Positions 19,336-28,891 of a stretch of DNA of 64,000 bases are shown here, in pieces. The notes under the pieces were generated by a model. The model was not told the origin of the DNA, made no database searches, and saw nothing but the letters and a program-made list of their open reading frames with translations. How positions within the stretch are numbered: the first letter of the stretch is position 1; each line of letters begins with the position of its first letter. The translations under genes and the position numbers were made by a program. The stretch covers positions 458,744-522,743 of the forward strand of contig CAXXST010000001.1 of assembly GCA_963674855.2 (NCBI GenBank), in the 5' to 3' direction. The DNA comes from Dehalococcoidales bacterium (GTDB lineage Bacteria > Chloroflexota > Dehalococcoidia > Dehalococcoidales > G020351185).

Positions 19336-20001
19336 GTGTATGATGGAAAGGTGAGAAGCAGCAAAGCGAAGATTTTAGCATTAACTTTACTGTGTGCAAT
19401 TGTGACGTTGGGTAGTTCCTGTAGCACTAAGATGGTAGAGGCGGATATTCCCAACCTGGATGGAATAACCGAAGTGCTGGGTTACAGCCTTGCCCCGGCA
19501 CAGCTACCCGAAGGCTACGAGTTTGAAAAATATAATTTGCAGGGGGTTGACGAATTGGCGGTTTCTCTAATGGAGGAACTCTCTGCCATCCTTGTTTATG
19601 AGAAACATGAAAACAATGCCACCAACAAATTTACTATTCATTACCCTGCGGACTTTCCGTCATCAGAAAACGATGACCTTGTACTGGAAAAGCTGGGGCT
19701 TGAATGGCAGCGCCCGGATGATGCGGTTTTAGAGGTAGAAGTGAATGGAAAAACTGCCCATCTTTTTCAGGGATTTTGGTCTTTAGAAAGTTCTTCGCAC
19801 CTGATAAAACCGGATATGGACTTTTTAGCCACCTATACCCCGGAATGGGACTACGATTTGTATTTTTCACTGTTTTTTGAATTTGAACTGTCTTCGGGTG
19901 AAACTGTTGGCGTGATGATAAGTGATTCGATTCATATCAACGAGAAAGTAACACAGGAAGAGCTAATTAAAATCGCCGAGTCTATGCAACAAGTGGATTA
20001 A
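19336..20001 (+). CDS. hypothetical lipoprotein
   Basis: 221-aa ORF with a GTG start. It has a signal peptide with a lipobox-like LGSSC, and I recognised no family. Confidence 0.55.
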   Translation: MYDGKVRSSKAKILALTLLCAIVTLGSSCSTKMVEADIPNLDGITEVLGYSLAPAQLPEGYEFEKYNLQGVDELAVSLMEELSAILVYEKHENNATNKFTIHYPADFPSSENDDLVLEKLGLEWQRPDDAVLEVEVNGKTAHLFQGFWSLESSSHLIKPDMDFLATYTPEWDYDLYFSLFFEFELSSGETVGVMISDSIHINEKVTQEELIKIAESMQQVD

Positions 20002-20172
20002 GCGAAAAACGCCCCCTGAAAATTACACAAGCCAACCATGCGCAGCCTCTCTTTAACTAGTTAATCCTATCCCTTTGTCCGAATTTAAATGTATAGGGGT
20101 ATTTTTATCAACTCATAGAATAAAATATGTCAATAAAAATGCAGAAAAAAATTAAAAAAATTAAGAAAAGTA

Positions 20173-20201
20173 TTGACAAAGATGATAAAATATGTTATCT
20201 T
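20173..20201 (+). promoter_or_regulatory. candidate sigma-70-type promoter for the DUF2089 module
   Basis: TTGACA, a 17-nt spacer, then TATCTT, set in an AT-rich spacer about 50 nt upstream of the ATG at 20254. Confidence 0.35.
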
Positions 20202-20253
20202 AAATTAAGAAAGTTAAGAAATGGCTTAACAATATGAAAGGAGGAAGCGGAAG

Positions 20254-20616
20254 ATGGCAAAGGACTGGCAGGAGCTTACCCGCCTGACACAAGCCAAGCC
20301 GCTGATTGTGGAAAGGGTGCGGATGGTGGATAGCGATATTGCCATAGAAGGCAGCTTTGAATTGCCTTATCTGGCGCGCCTTTCCACTGAAGACCAGGTA
20401 TTTATCGCCGCTTTTATAGGATGCCACGGTTCTATAAAAGAGATGGAGCGCCTTTTTAGCATAAGCTATCCCACGGTCAAAAATCGGCTGGACAAGATTG
20501 CCAAAAAGCTGGATTTTGTTGAGGTGCTGCCGTTGCAGACAAAAGATGAAACACTGGAGGAACTGGAAAAGGGAGAAATAACGGCGGAAGAAGCCATAAG
20601 GAGGTTATCCGAATGA
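20254..20616 (+). CDS. DUF2089 family protein (HTH-containing)
   Basis: 120-aa ORF whose pattern (FELPYLARLS.EDQ.FI..F....GSIKEMERL..ISYPTVKNRLD.I) matches DUF2089 as I recall it. It has a SHOCT-like C-terminal helix, EKGEITAEEAIRRL. Confidence 0.7.
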   Translation: MAKDWQELTRLTQAKPLIVERVRMVDSDIAIEGSFELPYLARLSTEDQVFIAAFIGCHGSIKEMERLFSISYPTVKNRLDKIAKKLDFVEVLPLQTKDETLEELEKGEITAEEAIRRLSE

Positions 20617-20891
20617 AAGCGCCACCAATGATAATCAGGCTGCGTATGAAGAAAAATGGAAGCCGGGGTTTCAGGCTGTGCTTGCCGATGCTATTGATAT
20701 ACATACCACTGTTCCTGATAGGGCTGATTTTACTGCCGCTGATATTGATAGTTGCCATACTTATGCTGCCTTGGGGCGGCTGGCGATTCATGCTGTTTTA
20801 CCCGCGTTTTTATGCGCTGTTATGCGCCCTGAAAGAGCTAGAGGTGGATATTGAGGATAAAGAACAGATATTTTTCATTTCATTATCATAA
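20613..20891 (+). CDS. hypothetical small membrane protein
   Basis: 92-aa ORF with two hydrophobic helices. It is translationally coupled to the upstream gene by a 4-nt overlap. Confidence 0.5.
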   Translation: MKAPPMIIRLRMKKNGSRGFRLCLPMLLIYIPLFLIGLILLPLILIVAILMLPWGGWRFMLFYPRFYALLCALKELEVDIEDKEQIFFISLS

Positions 20892-20906
20892 AAAGGAGAT
20901 AAAAAA

Positions 20907-21323
20907 ATGATACACAACAGGACCAAAATATTGGATATGCTGGCAAATGGAAAGATAAGCACGGAAGAAGCCGAAAGGCTGCTGGAACTGGTGGACGAGC
21001 CGCAAGAAAGAGTGAAAACAGGCAAGAAGATGAAATACCTGAGGGTCACAATAAATCCGAATTCCGGGTGTGACGGAAAATCAGATGTGGAAAGGGTTAA
21101 CGTAAGGGTGCCGCTGGCGCTTATACGCGCCGGTGTGAAATTTACCTCGCTTATACCTAACGAAGCCGCCGATAAGGTGGATGACGCCCTGAGGGAAAAG
21201 GGTATAAACTATAACATAAAAAACCTGAAGGATGAAGATATAGAGCAGCTTATAGAAGCATTAAGTGACCTTGAAGTTGACATAGAAGATGGCAAAGCCA
21301 AGATAAACGTCTATGTGGAATAG
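20907..21323 (+). CDS. SHOCT-like domain protein
   Basis: 138-aa ORF with an N-terminal LANGKISTEEAERLLEL (SHOCT-like) motif. It is the third gene of the DUF2089 module. Confidence 0.55.
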   Translation: MIHNRTKILDMLANGKISTEEAERLLELVDEPQERVKTGKKMKYLRVTINPNSGCDGKSDVERVNVRVPLALIRAGVKFTSLIPNEAADKVDDALREKGINYNIKNLKDEDIEQLIEALSDLEVDIEDGKAKINVYVE

Positions 21324-21406
21324 ATAGGCTTATAAACTGATTGACAGATAAAACAAGAGGCTTTAGACTCAAGCCGGGATATCTAAAATGAAAAAGGGGA
21401 TGCGGA

Positions 21407-22516
21407 ATGAAAAACGGCAGCATACCAATTGGTAAAGTATTCGGTATCCCCTTAAGGCTTCATTTCTCATGGTTTTTTATTTTTGCCATTGTTATATGGG
21501 CATTAACTGCCAGCTATTCTGAGGAATGGGGCATGGCGATATCCATAATCACCGCCACAATAACCAGCCTGCTTTTTTTCTCATCGGTTACGCTGCATGA
21601 GCTTATGCACAGCATAGTCGCCAAGAAATCAGGCATACCGGTAGATTCAATAACGCTGTTTCTGTTTGGCGGTGTTTCACGTATAACCAGGGAGCCGTCA
21701 AACCCAAAAATGGAGCTTAAGATAGCCCTTGCCGGACCGCTTACAAGCCTGCTGCTAGGCGTTGCATTCTGGCTTATCCGGTATATCGTGCCGGCTTCGT
21801 GGGAACATATAATAGTAGTAACTTTCTGGCTGGGGCTGATAAACCTGTCTTTGGGTGTATTCAACATGCTGCCGGGTTTTCCGCTGGACGGCGGCAGGGT
21901 GCTGCGGGCGATACTGTGGTGGCGTACTAACAATCTTAAAAAGGCTACGCGCTGGGCTTCCAGAGCCGGACAGGGCTTGAGCTTCCTAATGATAGCCGGA
22001 GGCGTATGGCTTGTATTTGCAGGATTCTGGGAAAACGGGCTCTGGCTGGCTTTTATCGGCTGGTTTCTGGGTAATGCGGCGGCGGGCAGTTATCGCCAGC
22101 TAACGCTGCAGCAGACGTTGCAGGGGCATAAAGTAAGCGAAGCCATGACAAAAGGCTGCCTGGCGGTGCCGCAGCAATTGACGCTGGAGAAGCTGGTAAG
22201 CGAATATATACTGCTATACGGCAACCAGTGCTTTACCGTCAAAGATGGTGACAGCATAAAAGGTGTAATCACGGTAGAAGATGTTAAGAAAATAAAACGC
22301 GAACTATGGGCAGAGAAAAGGGTTGAGGAAGCTATGACGCCTCTTGATAAAATGAGAAAAGTGCGCCCGGATGATGCATTAATAGGCGTTTTTGATATGA
22401 TGATACAGCAGAACATAAACGAGCTGCCGGTGGTAGAAGGCGGTAATATCGTTGGTATGATAAGGCGGGAAAACCTGCTGTCTTTTATAAACCTGCGAGA
22501 CAAAATGGGCGTATAG
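21407..22516 (+). CDS. site-2 protease family (M50) zinc metalloprotease with C-terminal CBS pair
   Basis: 369-aa ORF with HELMHS (HExxH) in a TM helix, the second motif NMLPGFPLDGGRV, and tandem CBS-like domains at the C-terminus. Confidence 0.88.
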   Translation: MKNGSIPIGKVFGIPLRLHFSWFFIFAIVIWALTASYSEEWGMAISIITATITSLLFFSSVTLHELMHSIVAKKSGIPVDSITLFLFGGVSRITREPSNPKMELKIALAGPLTSLLLGVAFWLIRYIVPASWEHIIVVTFWLGLINLSLGVFNMLPGFPLDGGRVLRAILWWRTNNLKKATRWASRAGQGLSFLMIAGGVWLVFAGFWENGLWLAFIGWFLGNAAAGSYRQLTLQQTLQGHKVSEAMTKGCLAVPQQLTLEKLVSEYILLYGNQCFTVKDGDSIKGVITVEDVKKIKRELWAEKRVEEAMTPLDKMRKVRPDDALIGVFDMMIQQNINELPVVEGGNIVGMIRRENLLSFINLRDKMGV

Positions 22517-22528
22517 CTGCCCGTATTG

Positions 22529-23395
22529 CTAAATCTCTATATGCCAGAAAGTTCTTGCCAGGAAGCCAACCAGAAAGGCGATGCTGGCAATGCCGAGGCT
22601 GATAAACGCCATTTCAAAAAAGCCCTTGCGCATTGATGTTTCACGCGTAACGGAAATATAATAGTTAAAGATGTATATGGCAATGATGGCATTGGTAATC
22701 ATCCAGCCGAGTGAAGCATAGATATTTATCGGCAGGAAATAGGGGAAGACCAGAAACAGGACGGTAAGCAGGTTGGCAAAGCCGGTATAAACGGCAGCTT
22801 TCAGGGGGCGCTGGTTGCCGTCCTCCGCCTTGGTAGCCAGATATTCAGTACCGGCCAGTGAAAGGGACATAACCAGCCCGGTTATCACGCCGATAGTGGC
22901 TATAATATCCTCACTCTGGAAGGCAAAGGTAAGCCCGGAAAGGGCGCCGGTAAGCTCCACAAGCGCTTCATTCAAGCCGCGCACCACGGCGCCGGTGTAT
23001 CTCAGCCTTTCCTCGTCTATAAGGGCTATAAGTTCCTGTTCGTGTTCATGCTCATCGTCCATAATAGCCTTGGCGTCCGGCACAAATCTGGAGATGTCAT
23101 CATAGTTTACCTGGGCGCCCTCTTCGCCGCTTTCCATAAGTTTTATGGCAAAGGTTATGCCGAAAACCCTTGAAATCAGGTTATACAGCCAAATCTTAAA
23201 GCGGTAGGGTTTTACCACGGCGCCGGTATGTTTTTTCCAAATGCCGTGGTGTTCCAGCTCTTCATCAGAGATACGGCGCAGGATATCTGCGTTATTTTTA
23301 TCATTGCAGCGATGCGCCAGCTTACGGTAGATGAAATATTCGGTAAGCTCGTTTCTCTGGGCTACTATAAGCCTGTCTTTTATCGCCTGATCCAT
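22529..23395 (-). CDS. VIT1/CCC1-family iron transporter with N-terminal ferritin/rubrerythrin-like domain
   Basis: 288-aa ORF with an N-terminal di-iron-like E..H motif region (EELEHH, DDEHEHE). The C-terminal membrane domain carries GLNEALVELTGALSG, typical of the VIT1 family. Confidence 0.82.
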   Translation of the reverse strand: MDQAIKDRLIVAQRNELTEYFIYRKLAHRCNDKNNADILRRISDEELEHHGIWKKHTGAVVKPYRFKIWLYNLISRVFGITFAIKLMESGEEGAQVNYDDISRFVPDAKAIMDDEHEHEQELIALIDEERLRYTGAVVRGLNEALVELTGALSGLTFAFQSEDIIATIGVITGLVMSLSLAGTEYLATKAEDGNQRPLKAAVYTGFANLLTVLFLVFPYFLPINIYASLGWMITNAIIAIYIFNYYISVTRETSMRKGFFEMAFISLGIASIAFLVGFLARTFWHIEI

Positions 23396-23443
23396 AGCTT
23401 ATTAATTTTAGGCTATTACAGGCGCCCTGTCTATTATTGGCGA

Positions 23444-25444
23444 TCAGGAAATTAAAAGACTGCCGATTTGATAGATAGCCACGGCGGTAATCCACGCCAG
23501 GGCAAAGGTGTAAAAGATAACGAAGCCGGTCCACTTTAAAGAGCCGGTTTCACGTTTGACGGTAGCCAGGGTGGCGACACAGGGGGTATATATAAGCGAC
23601 ATTGCCATAAAAGCAAAAGCGACAAGAGGCGTCCAGCCAAGCTGGGCAGCGATAGTAGCGCCAAGGGTGCCCTCGCTGACACCAAACATAGTGCCGAAAG
23701 CGCCAACGACAATCTCCTTGCCAAGAATGCCAAAAACAAGGGCGGATGAAGCCTGCCATTGCCCGAATCCTGCCGGGGCGAAAATCGGCGAGATAAACCT
23801 GCCTATAGGCTCTATAGCTCCAATGTAGTTGAGAAACCAGAAAGCAACAACCGCAAGGAAGATAATAGTGCCGGCGCGTGAAAGAAAAGCGCGCACCTGC
23901 TGCCAGGTATAGGTGAATATGCCAGCAACCGGCGGCAGGCGGTAGGGCGGCAGCTCCATAACAAAGTGGCTGCTTTCACCCTTGAATATTACTTTCCTGA
24001 AAAACCATGCCAGCAGAATCGCCAGTGTTATACCCAGCACATACATAGAGAATATAACCAGCCCCTGGTAAGCGCTGAAGAAGGCGCCTGCAAGCAGGAT
24101 ATATACAGGCATACGGGCGCCGCAGGACATAAGCGGCGTAACCAGAATCGTTACCAGCCTGTCTCTGGGATTGTCTATCGTCCGGGCAGCCATAATTGCC
24201 GGAACGCTGCAACCAAAACCAAGCACCAGCGGCACGAAAGACCTGCCGTGCAGACCAATACGGTGCATAAGGCGGTCCATAACGAAGGCAGCACGGGAGA
24301 AATAGCCGCTGTACTCCAGAATTGAAAGGCACAGGTAAAGCAGAAAAATAACCGGCACAAAGGCTACCACCGTGCCCAGCCCTCCAATTATGCCATCTGA
24401 CAGCAGTGAGCCCAGCCACTCCGGTGAAATATCAGCAGTAGATTGGCTAAGGCGGCTGAAGCCGCTGTTAATCCAGTCTATTATAGGTGAAGAAAGGCTG
24501 AAAGTAAGCTGAAACAAGCCGAAAAGAATAGCGGCAAAGATAGGGATACCCAGCCAATTGTTGAGGACTACGTCATCAATCCTGTCAGAGAGGGTCTTTT
24601 TTTCAGTAGGCGGCTTCTCAAGAATATCTTTCATAAGCCCGCCGATAAAGCCGTATCTGGCATCGGTGATGAATATTCCGGCTTCCTTGCCGTGAACCCT
24701 TGACAGATGTGCCAGACTTTTATCCTTTATCCTCAGCACTTCTTCACCGGCGATGCCGATTTTGATGAATTGCTTTATAATCCGTTCGTCGTCCTCCAAC
24801 AGCTTAAGAGCCAGCCACCGGGAGATAAAAAGGTGCGAAACAGGGGTTGTAACGATAGCCTTTTCAAGTTTGGTTATTTCCTCCTCTGCCTCCTGTCCGT
24901 AGTTAAGATCTATTCCCTCAACCTTAATATCACTGCGGGCGGCGGCGATGGCTGCATTCAGTATATCTTCGGTTCCCTGATTGTGTGCCGCTACAAGTGG
25001 CACTACAGGCACACCCAGCAGGCGTGAAAGCTCATCTACATCAATATGGTAATCACGGGAACGGGCAATATCCATCATATTGAGAGCCACCACAACCTTT
25101 ACCTTCATCTCCAGCAATTGCATGGTGAGATAGAGATTGCGTTCAAGATTAGAGGCATCTACGATGTTAATAACAACATCCGGTTTACTGCTGATAATAA
25201 AGTCACGGGCAATAATTTCATCCATGGAATAAGCCGTCAGGCTATAAACGCCGGGCAGGTCAAAAACCTTTATATCAATACCCTTATGCTTAAGGCTGCC
25301 CTCTTTTTTCTCCACGGTCACACCGGGCCAGTTACCAACGTGCTGTTTAGAACCGGTGAGGTTGTTAAAAAGTGAAGTCTTACCGGCGTTAGGGTTGCCG
25401 GCTAAAGCCAGGGTAATACTGTTTTTTGTTTTAATAAATGGCAT
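23444..25444 (-). CDS. feoB: ferrous iron transport protein B
   Basis: 666-aa ORF with an N-terminal G-domain (GNPNAGKTSLFN, DLPG, NMMD) followed by a polytopic permease domain. Confidence 0.96.
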   Translation of the reverse strand: MPFIKTKNSITLALAGNPNAGKTSLFNNLTGSKQHVGNWPGVTVEKKEGSLKHKGIDIKVFDLPGVYSLTAYSMDEIIARDFIISSKPDVVINIVDASNLERNLYLTMQLLEMKVKVVVALNMMDIARSRDYHIDVDELSRLLGVPVVPLVAAHNQGTEDILNAAIAAARSDIKVEGIDLNYGQEAEEEITKLEKAIVTTPVSHLFISRWLALKLLEDDERIIKQFIKIGIAGEEVLRIKDKSLAHLSRVHGKEAGIFITDARYGFIGGLMKDILEKPPTEKKTLSDRIDDVVLNNWLGIPIFAAILFGLFQLTFSLSSPIIDWINSGFSRLSQSTADISPEWLGSLLSDGIIGGLGTVVAFVPVIFLLYLCLSILEYSGYFSRAAFVMDRLMHRIGLHGRSFVPLVLGFGCSVPAIMAARTIDNPRDRLVTILVTPLMSCGARMPVYILLAGAFFSAYQGLVIFSMYVLGITLAILLAWFFRKVIFKGESSHFVMELPPYRLPPVAGIFTYTWQQVRAFLSRAGTIIFLAVVAFWFLNYIGAIEPIGRFISPIFAPAGFGQWQASSALVFGILGKEIVVGAFGTMFGVSEGTLGATIAAQLGWTPLVAFAFMAMSLIYTPCVATLATVKRETGSLKWTGFVIFYTFALAWITAVAIYQIGSLLIS

Positions 25445-25460
25445 ATTATCAATCTAAAAA

Positions 25461-25688
25461 CTAAGAAACAGGCTCTACCAGTATCTTGTTGGATATACCG
25501 CGCCCCAGCGCCAGCCTTGAGCCGCGCACATCCAGCACCACTGAGCCGGGACGCTGGCTGCCGACAACCTTGACATTCAAGCCGGTGGTAAGCCCCATAT
25601 CCGCCAGACGCCTCTGTAAGCCAGAGCCGGCATCAATGCTTAATATCTTTACCTGTTTGCCCGCTTTTGCGTTACTCAAGGGTATCAT
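25461..25688 (-). CDS. feoA: ferrous iron transport protein A
   Basis: FeoA/SH3-like small protein. I chose the internal Met at 25688 (75 aa: MIPLSNAKAGKQVKILSI...) over the track start at 25733. Confidence 0.85.
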   Translation of the reverse strand: MIPLSNAKAGKQVKILSIDAGSGLQRRLADMGLTTGLNVKVVGSQRPGSVVLDVRGSRLALGRGISNKILVEPVS

Positions 25689-25738
25689 TTCAAAGTTTTC
25701 CTTATTAAAAAATTGAACTTGTATAAAATCCAAAGAAG

Positions 25739-25836
25739 ATTATAACAACTGAAAATGAAAAAGTCAAGGGTATGCTAAAACATAAATAAGGGTAGCCTAA
25801 AAATATATTGACATAGCCTAAAAAATAGTGTATAGT
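25739..25836. promoter_or_regulatory. divergent feoA / dtxR-family promoters with three iron-box-like repeats
   Basis: The minus strand has TTGACT (25767..25762), a 17-nt spacer and TATAAT (25744..25739). The plus strand has TTGACA (25808..25813), a 17-nt spacer and TATAGT (25831..25836). Repeats TATGCTAAAA (25771), TAGCCTAAAAA (25793) and TAGCCTAAAAA (25814) are spaced 22 and 21 nt apart. The core TAGCCTAA matches the centre of the IdeR/DtxR consensus. Confidence 0.5.
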
Positions 25837-25880
25837 CAGCTTTGGGATGATGGTATTTACAGGAGTGCGGAGGTTATGAG

Positions 25881-26543
25881 TTGAGCCGTCAGACGGTTGA
25901 AGAATATATGGAAACCATAAACACCCTGCAGGAAACGCAGGGTTCGCCGGTTAAAACATCTTCCCTGGCGCGTTTTATGGGGGTTTCGGCGGCATCGGTA
26001 AGTGAAATGCTGCGCCGCCTTTCCGAAAAGGGGATGGTGGATTACACACCATATGGCGGTGTCAGCCTGACCGAAGAAGGGCAAAAGCAGGTGATGAAGC
26101 TGACGCGCCGCCACCGCTTGTGGGAGGTATTTTTAACACAGTATCTGGATATGGGTTGGGAAGAGGTCTATGACGAAGCCTGCGAACTGGAACACAGCAC
26201 CTCTGATATGCTGGCAGAAAAGCTGGCGCAGTTCCTTGGCAATCCGCAAACCTGCCCACATGGCAGCCCTATACCGGACAGCCAGGGCAGGTATAAAAAC
26301 GAAGCCGGAGTGCCGCTTACAGAGCTACCGATGGATAAAAAAGCTGTCATTTTGCAGATTACCAATGAAAGTAACAAAGAACTGCTTGTATGCCTGAATG
26401 AGTTGGGGCTTACCCCTGATACAGAGGTTAAGGTAATCCGGAAGTCCTCTTTTGACGGAACGCTAACGCTTGAAGCGAAAGATACAATTAAAGCCGTTGG
26501 CACGGAAGCGGCTTCTTACATTATTGTAAAACCGTTAAACTAA
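25881..26543 (+). CDS. DtxR-family metal-dependent transcriptional regulator with C-terminal FeoA/SH3-like domain
   Basis: 220-aa ORF with an N-terminal wHTH (VSAASVSEMLRRL), a dimerisation/metal-binding domain (RRHRLWEVFL, ACELEH, CPHG) and a C-terminal FeoA-like domain. Confidence 0.9.
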   Translation: MSRQTVEEYMETINTLQETQGSPVKTSSLARFMGVSAASVSEMLRRLSEKGMVDYTPYGGVSLTEEGQKQVMKLTRRHRLWEVFLTQYLDMGWEEVYDEACELEHSTSDMLAEKLAQFLGNPQTCPHGSPIPDSQGRYKNEAGVPLTELPMDKKAVILQITNESNKELLVCLNELGLTPDTEVKVIRKSSFDGTLTLEAKDTIKAVGTEAASYIIVKPLN

Positions 26544-27169
26544 AACCTGTCCTTCAGATTGTGCCGCAGGACTACATGCTTCCAGCTACCGCCCTTTCTG
26601 CGCATTTCTATTACCCTTGGGATATACCTGAGATAGGGAATAAGCAGTGTCAGGCAGGTAAAAAGCACATAGCTGCCGTTATGATAAATCAACCAGGCAA
26701 CAAACGGATAGCAAAGCAGCGCAAGCCCATAGCTGAGGGTGGGGAAACGGGTCAGCGCCATAAAGACGCCAAGGAAGCCGAAGCCGATGGGTATGCCCCA
26801 GGGCATAAGGAAGAAAAAGACGCCGATAAGCGGCGCGCCACCCTTGCCGCCATGAAATTTAAGCCATACCGGAAGGTTATGACCTATGACGGCGAATACC
26901 CCGGCGACAAGTTCCATTTCAAAAGAAACGCCCAGCCAGCGTGCCAGGGCAACGGCGGCTGCTCCCTTGCCGATGTCCATTACAAGAACCAATAGTCCGG
27001 AAAAGAAGCCGACATTATAAAAGGTGTTCATGGCGCCCATGTTATGGCTGCCGACCTTGCGGATATCTATGCCTTTTCTTATGCGCCCAATAAGATAAGC
27101 CGAGGGGATAGAACCCAGAAGATAGGCGCCTATCAGGGAAAGGGTGATAGCCAAAGCTTCATTTTCCAT
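26540..27169 (-). CDS. plsY: glycerol-3-phosphate acyltransferase PlsY
   Basis: 209-aa polytopic ORF with the PlsY motifs GSIPSAYLIG, GSHNMGAMN and HGGKGGA. Confidence 0.92.
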   Translation of the reverse strand: MENEALAITLSLIGAYLLGSIPSAYLIGRIRKGIDIRKVGSHNMGAMNTFYNVGFFSGLLVLVMDIGKGAAAVALARWLGVSFEMELVAGVFAVIGHNLPVWLKFHGGKGGAPLIGVFFFLMPWGIPIGFGFLGVFMALTRFPTLSYGLALLCYPFVAWLIYHNGSYVLFTCLTLLIPYLRYIPRVIEMRRKGGSWKHVVLRHNLKDRF

Positions 27170-27193
27170 ATACGCTCCCTTAATTACAGGATT

Positions 27194-28888
27194 TTATGAT
27201 AGAGCCTGATTTTCAGATGCAATGTCAAGGATATTCAGCCGCAGGTTTTCCTCGCCACGCCACTTGTTCATTTCAACATTATATACGATGTCTATAGACG
27301 GTTGCATCTTTGGAAGGCAATCACCCAGACCGAAGGCTACAGCCTCCCAGGAAGCTTTGTCCTGTTTAAGTTTCAGCCTCAGGTGATTGCCGTTATTGCC
27401 CATCGGCTGGCAGTCTGTAACCTTTACGCTACGGCTGACAAAAACCGGTAGCTGGTTGCCCTTCCCGAACGGGGCAAGCATCTGGAGCGTGCTAAAGGTT
27501 TCACCGGCAAGGCTATCCAGCCTAACCTCGGCGTCAATATCTATATGCGGCTTAAGATCAAGACCGCCAAGCTTTTCAGAAGCTATCTGGCATATCTGCT
27601 GTTCAAGCCGGGGGAGGTTTTGCGTAAGCAGGCTGAAACCTGCTGCCTGCGAATGACCGCCATAGCGGCTAAGCAGGCTGCTGCAATTGCTTACAGCCTG
27701 CATAATATCAAATTCGGGGATGCTGCGGCAGCTTGCCGAACTGTATCTATCACCGATTCTGATGGCAATGGAAGGGCGGTAGAATTCATTGGAAAGCTTT
27801 CCGGCGACAAGTCCCAGGATACCCCCCGCATAGCCGTTGTCGCTGGTGATAAGTATGTCGGAAATCCCTTTATCAAGGACTTGTTTTCTGGCGTTAGCCA
27901 AAGCCGAGGCTGTCAGCTTTTGGCGTTCTGCATTGGTTTCTTCCAGCAGCGAAGCCAGCCTGTAAGCCTCTGAAGGCAGATTGGTGGTTAACAAATCATA
28001 GCTTGCCATGGCGTCTTCCAGCCTGCCGGCGGCATTCAGGCGCGGCGCCAGTACCCAGGAGATATCTTCGGCGCTGAGGCTGCCGGTGTCCTTGTTTGCC
28101 AGCGCTGCCATCTGGCTGATGCCCAGCCTGGGAGCGGCATTCAATAGTTCCAGCCCGCGCCTCACCAGGTAACGGTTTTCTCCCAGCAGGGGAGACATAT
28201 CGGCAACGGTTCCCAGCGCGGCAAGGTCAAAGAAATTTTCAAGTTGTTCCTCCTTGCCCATATTGATATAAAGAGCCTGAAGCAGTTTGAAAGCAACGCC
28301 AACACCGGCAAGCTCACGGAAGGGATATTTGGAATCAACCCGCATAGGGTCGATAACGGCAAGGGCAGGCGGCAGCTCTTCAAGCGGGACGTGGTGGTCG
28401 GTAATAATAATATCCAGCCCTTTTTTGTTAGCCTTTTTAACGGTATCCACGCCGGTAACGCCGCAGTCAACGGTTATAACCAGGCTTGCTCCCCGCTGCC
28501 GCAAATGCTCAAGGGCGGCAAAGTTAAGCCCGTGCCCTTCTTTAAGGCGGTGGGGTATATGTATAACAGTGTCTGCGCCGAGGGCGCCAAGTCCCTCTTT
28601 TAAAAGGGCTGTGCTGCTGATGCCATCTACGTCAAAATCGCCGAAAACGGCGATTTTTTCGCCTGACAGCAAAGCCCGGTATATCCTGGCGATAGCCTGG
28701 TGCATATCCGGCAGCAGGAAAGGGTCAAAAGAAAGGCGGCTGTCGGCGTTTAAGAAAAGCTCTATATCGTTATCTTTGGTGATGCCGCGGTTATATAGAA
28801 GCTGAATTACAAGCGGCGGCAGGTCTGAATTGTTTAAACTGTGTTCGGTGGGGACGGGCGGCAGGAGATTCCACCTATAGTGGTTCAA
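27194..28888 (-). CDS. recJ: single-stranded-DNA-specific exonuclease RecJ
   Basis: 564-aa ORF with DHH family motifs (GDFDVDGISS, ITVDCG, ITDHH) and a DHHA1 region (GGHSQAAGF). Confidence 0.94.
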   Translation of the reverse strand: MNHYRWNLLPPVPTEHSLNNSDLPPLVIQLLYNRGITKDNDIELFLNADSRLSFDPFLLPDMHQAIARIYRALLSGEKIAVFGDFDVDGISSTALLKEGLGALGADTVIHIPHRLKEGHGLNFAALEHLRQRGASLVITVDCGVTGVDTVKKANKKGLDIIITDHHVPLEELPPALAVIDPMRVDSKYPFRELAGVGVAFKLLQALYINMGKEEQLENFFDLAALGTVADMSPLLGENRYLVRRGLELLNAAPRLGISQMAALANKDTGSLSAEDISWVLAPRLNAAGRLEDAMASYDLLTTNLPSEAYRLASLLEETNAERQKLTASALANARKQVLDKGISDILITSDNGYAGGILGLVAGKLSNEFYRPSIAIRIGDRYSSASCRSIPEFDIMQAVSNCSSLLSRYGGHSQAAGFSLLTQNLPRLEQQICQIASEKLGGLDLKPHIDIDAEVRLDSLAGETFSTLQMLAPFGKGNQLPVFVSRSVKVTDCQPMGNNGNHLRLKLKQDKASWEAVAFGLGDCLPKMQPSIDIVYNVEMNKWRGEENLRLNILDIASENQALS

Positions 28889-28891
28889 GCC

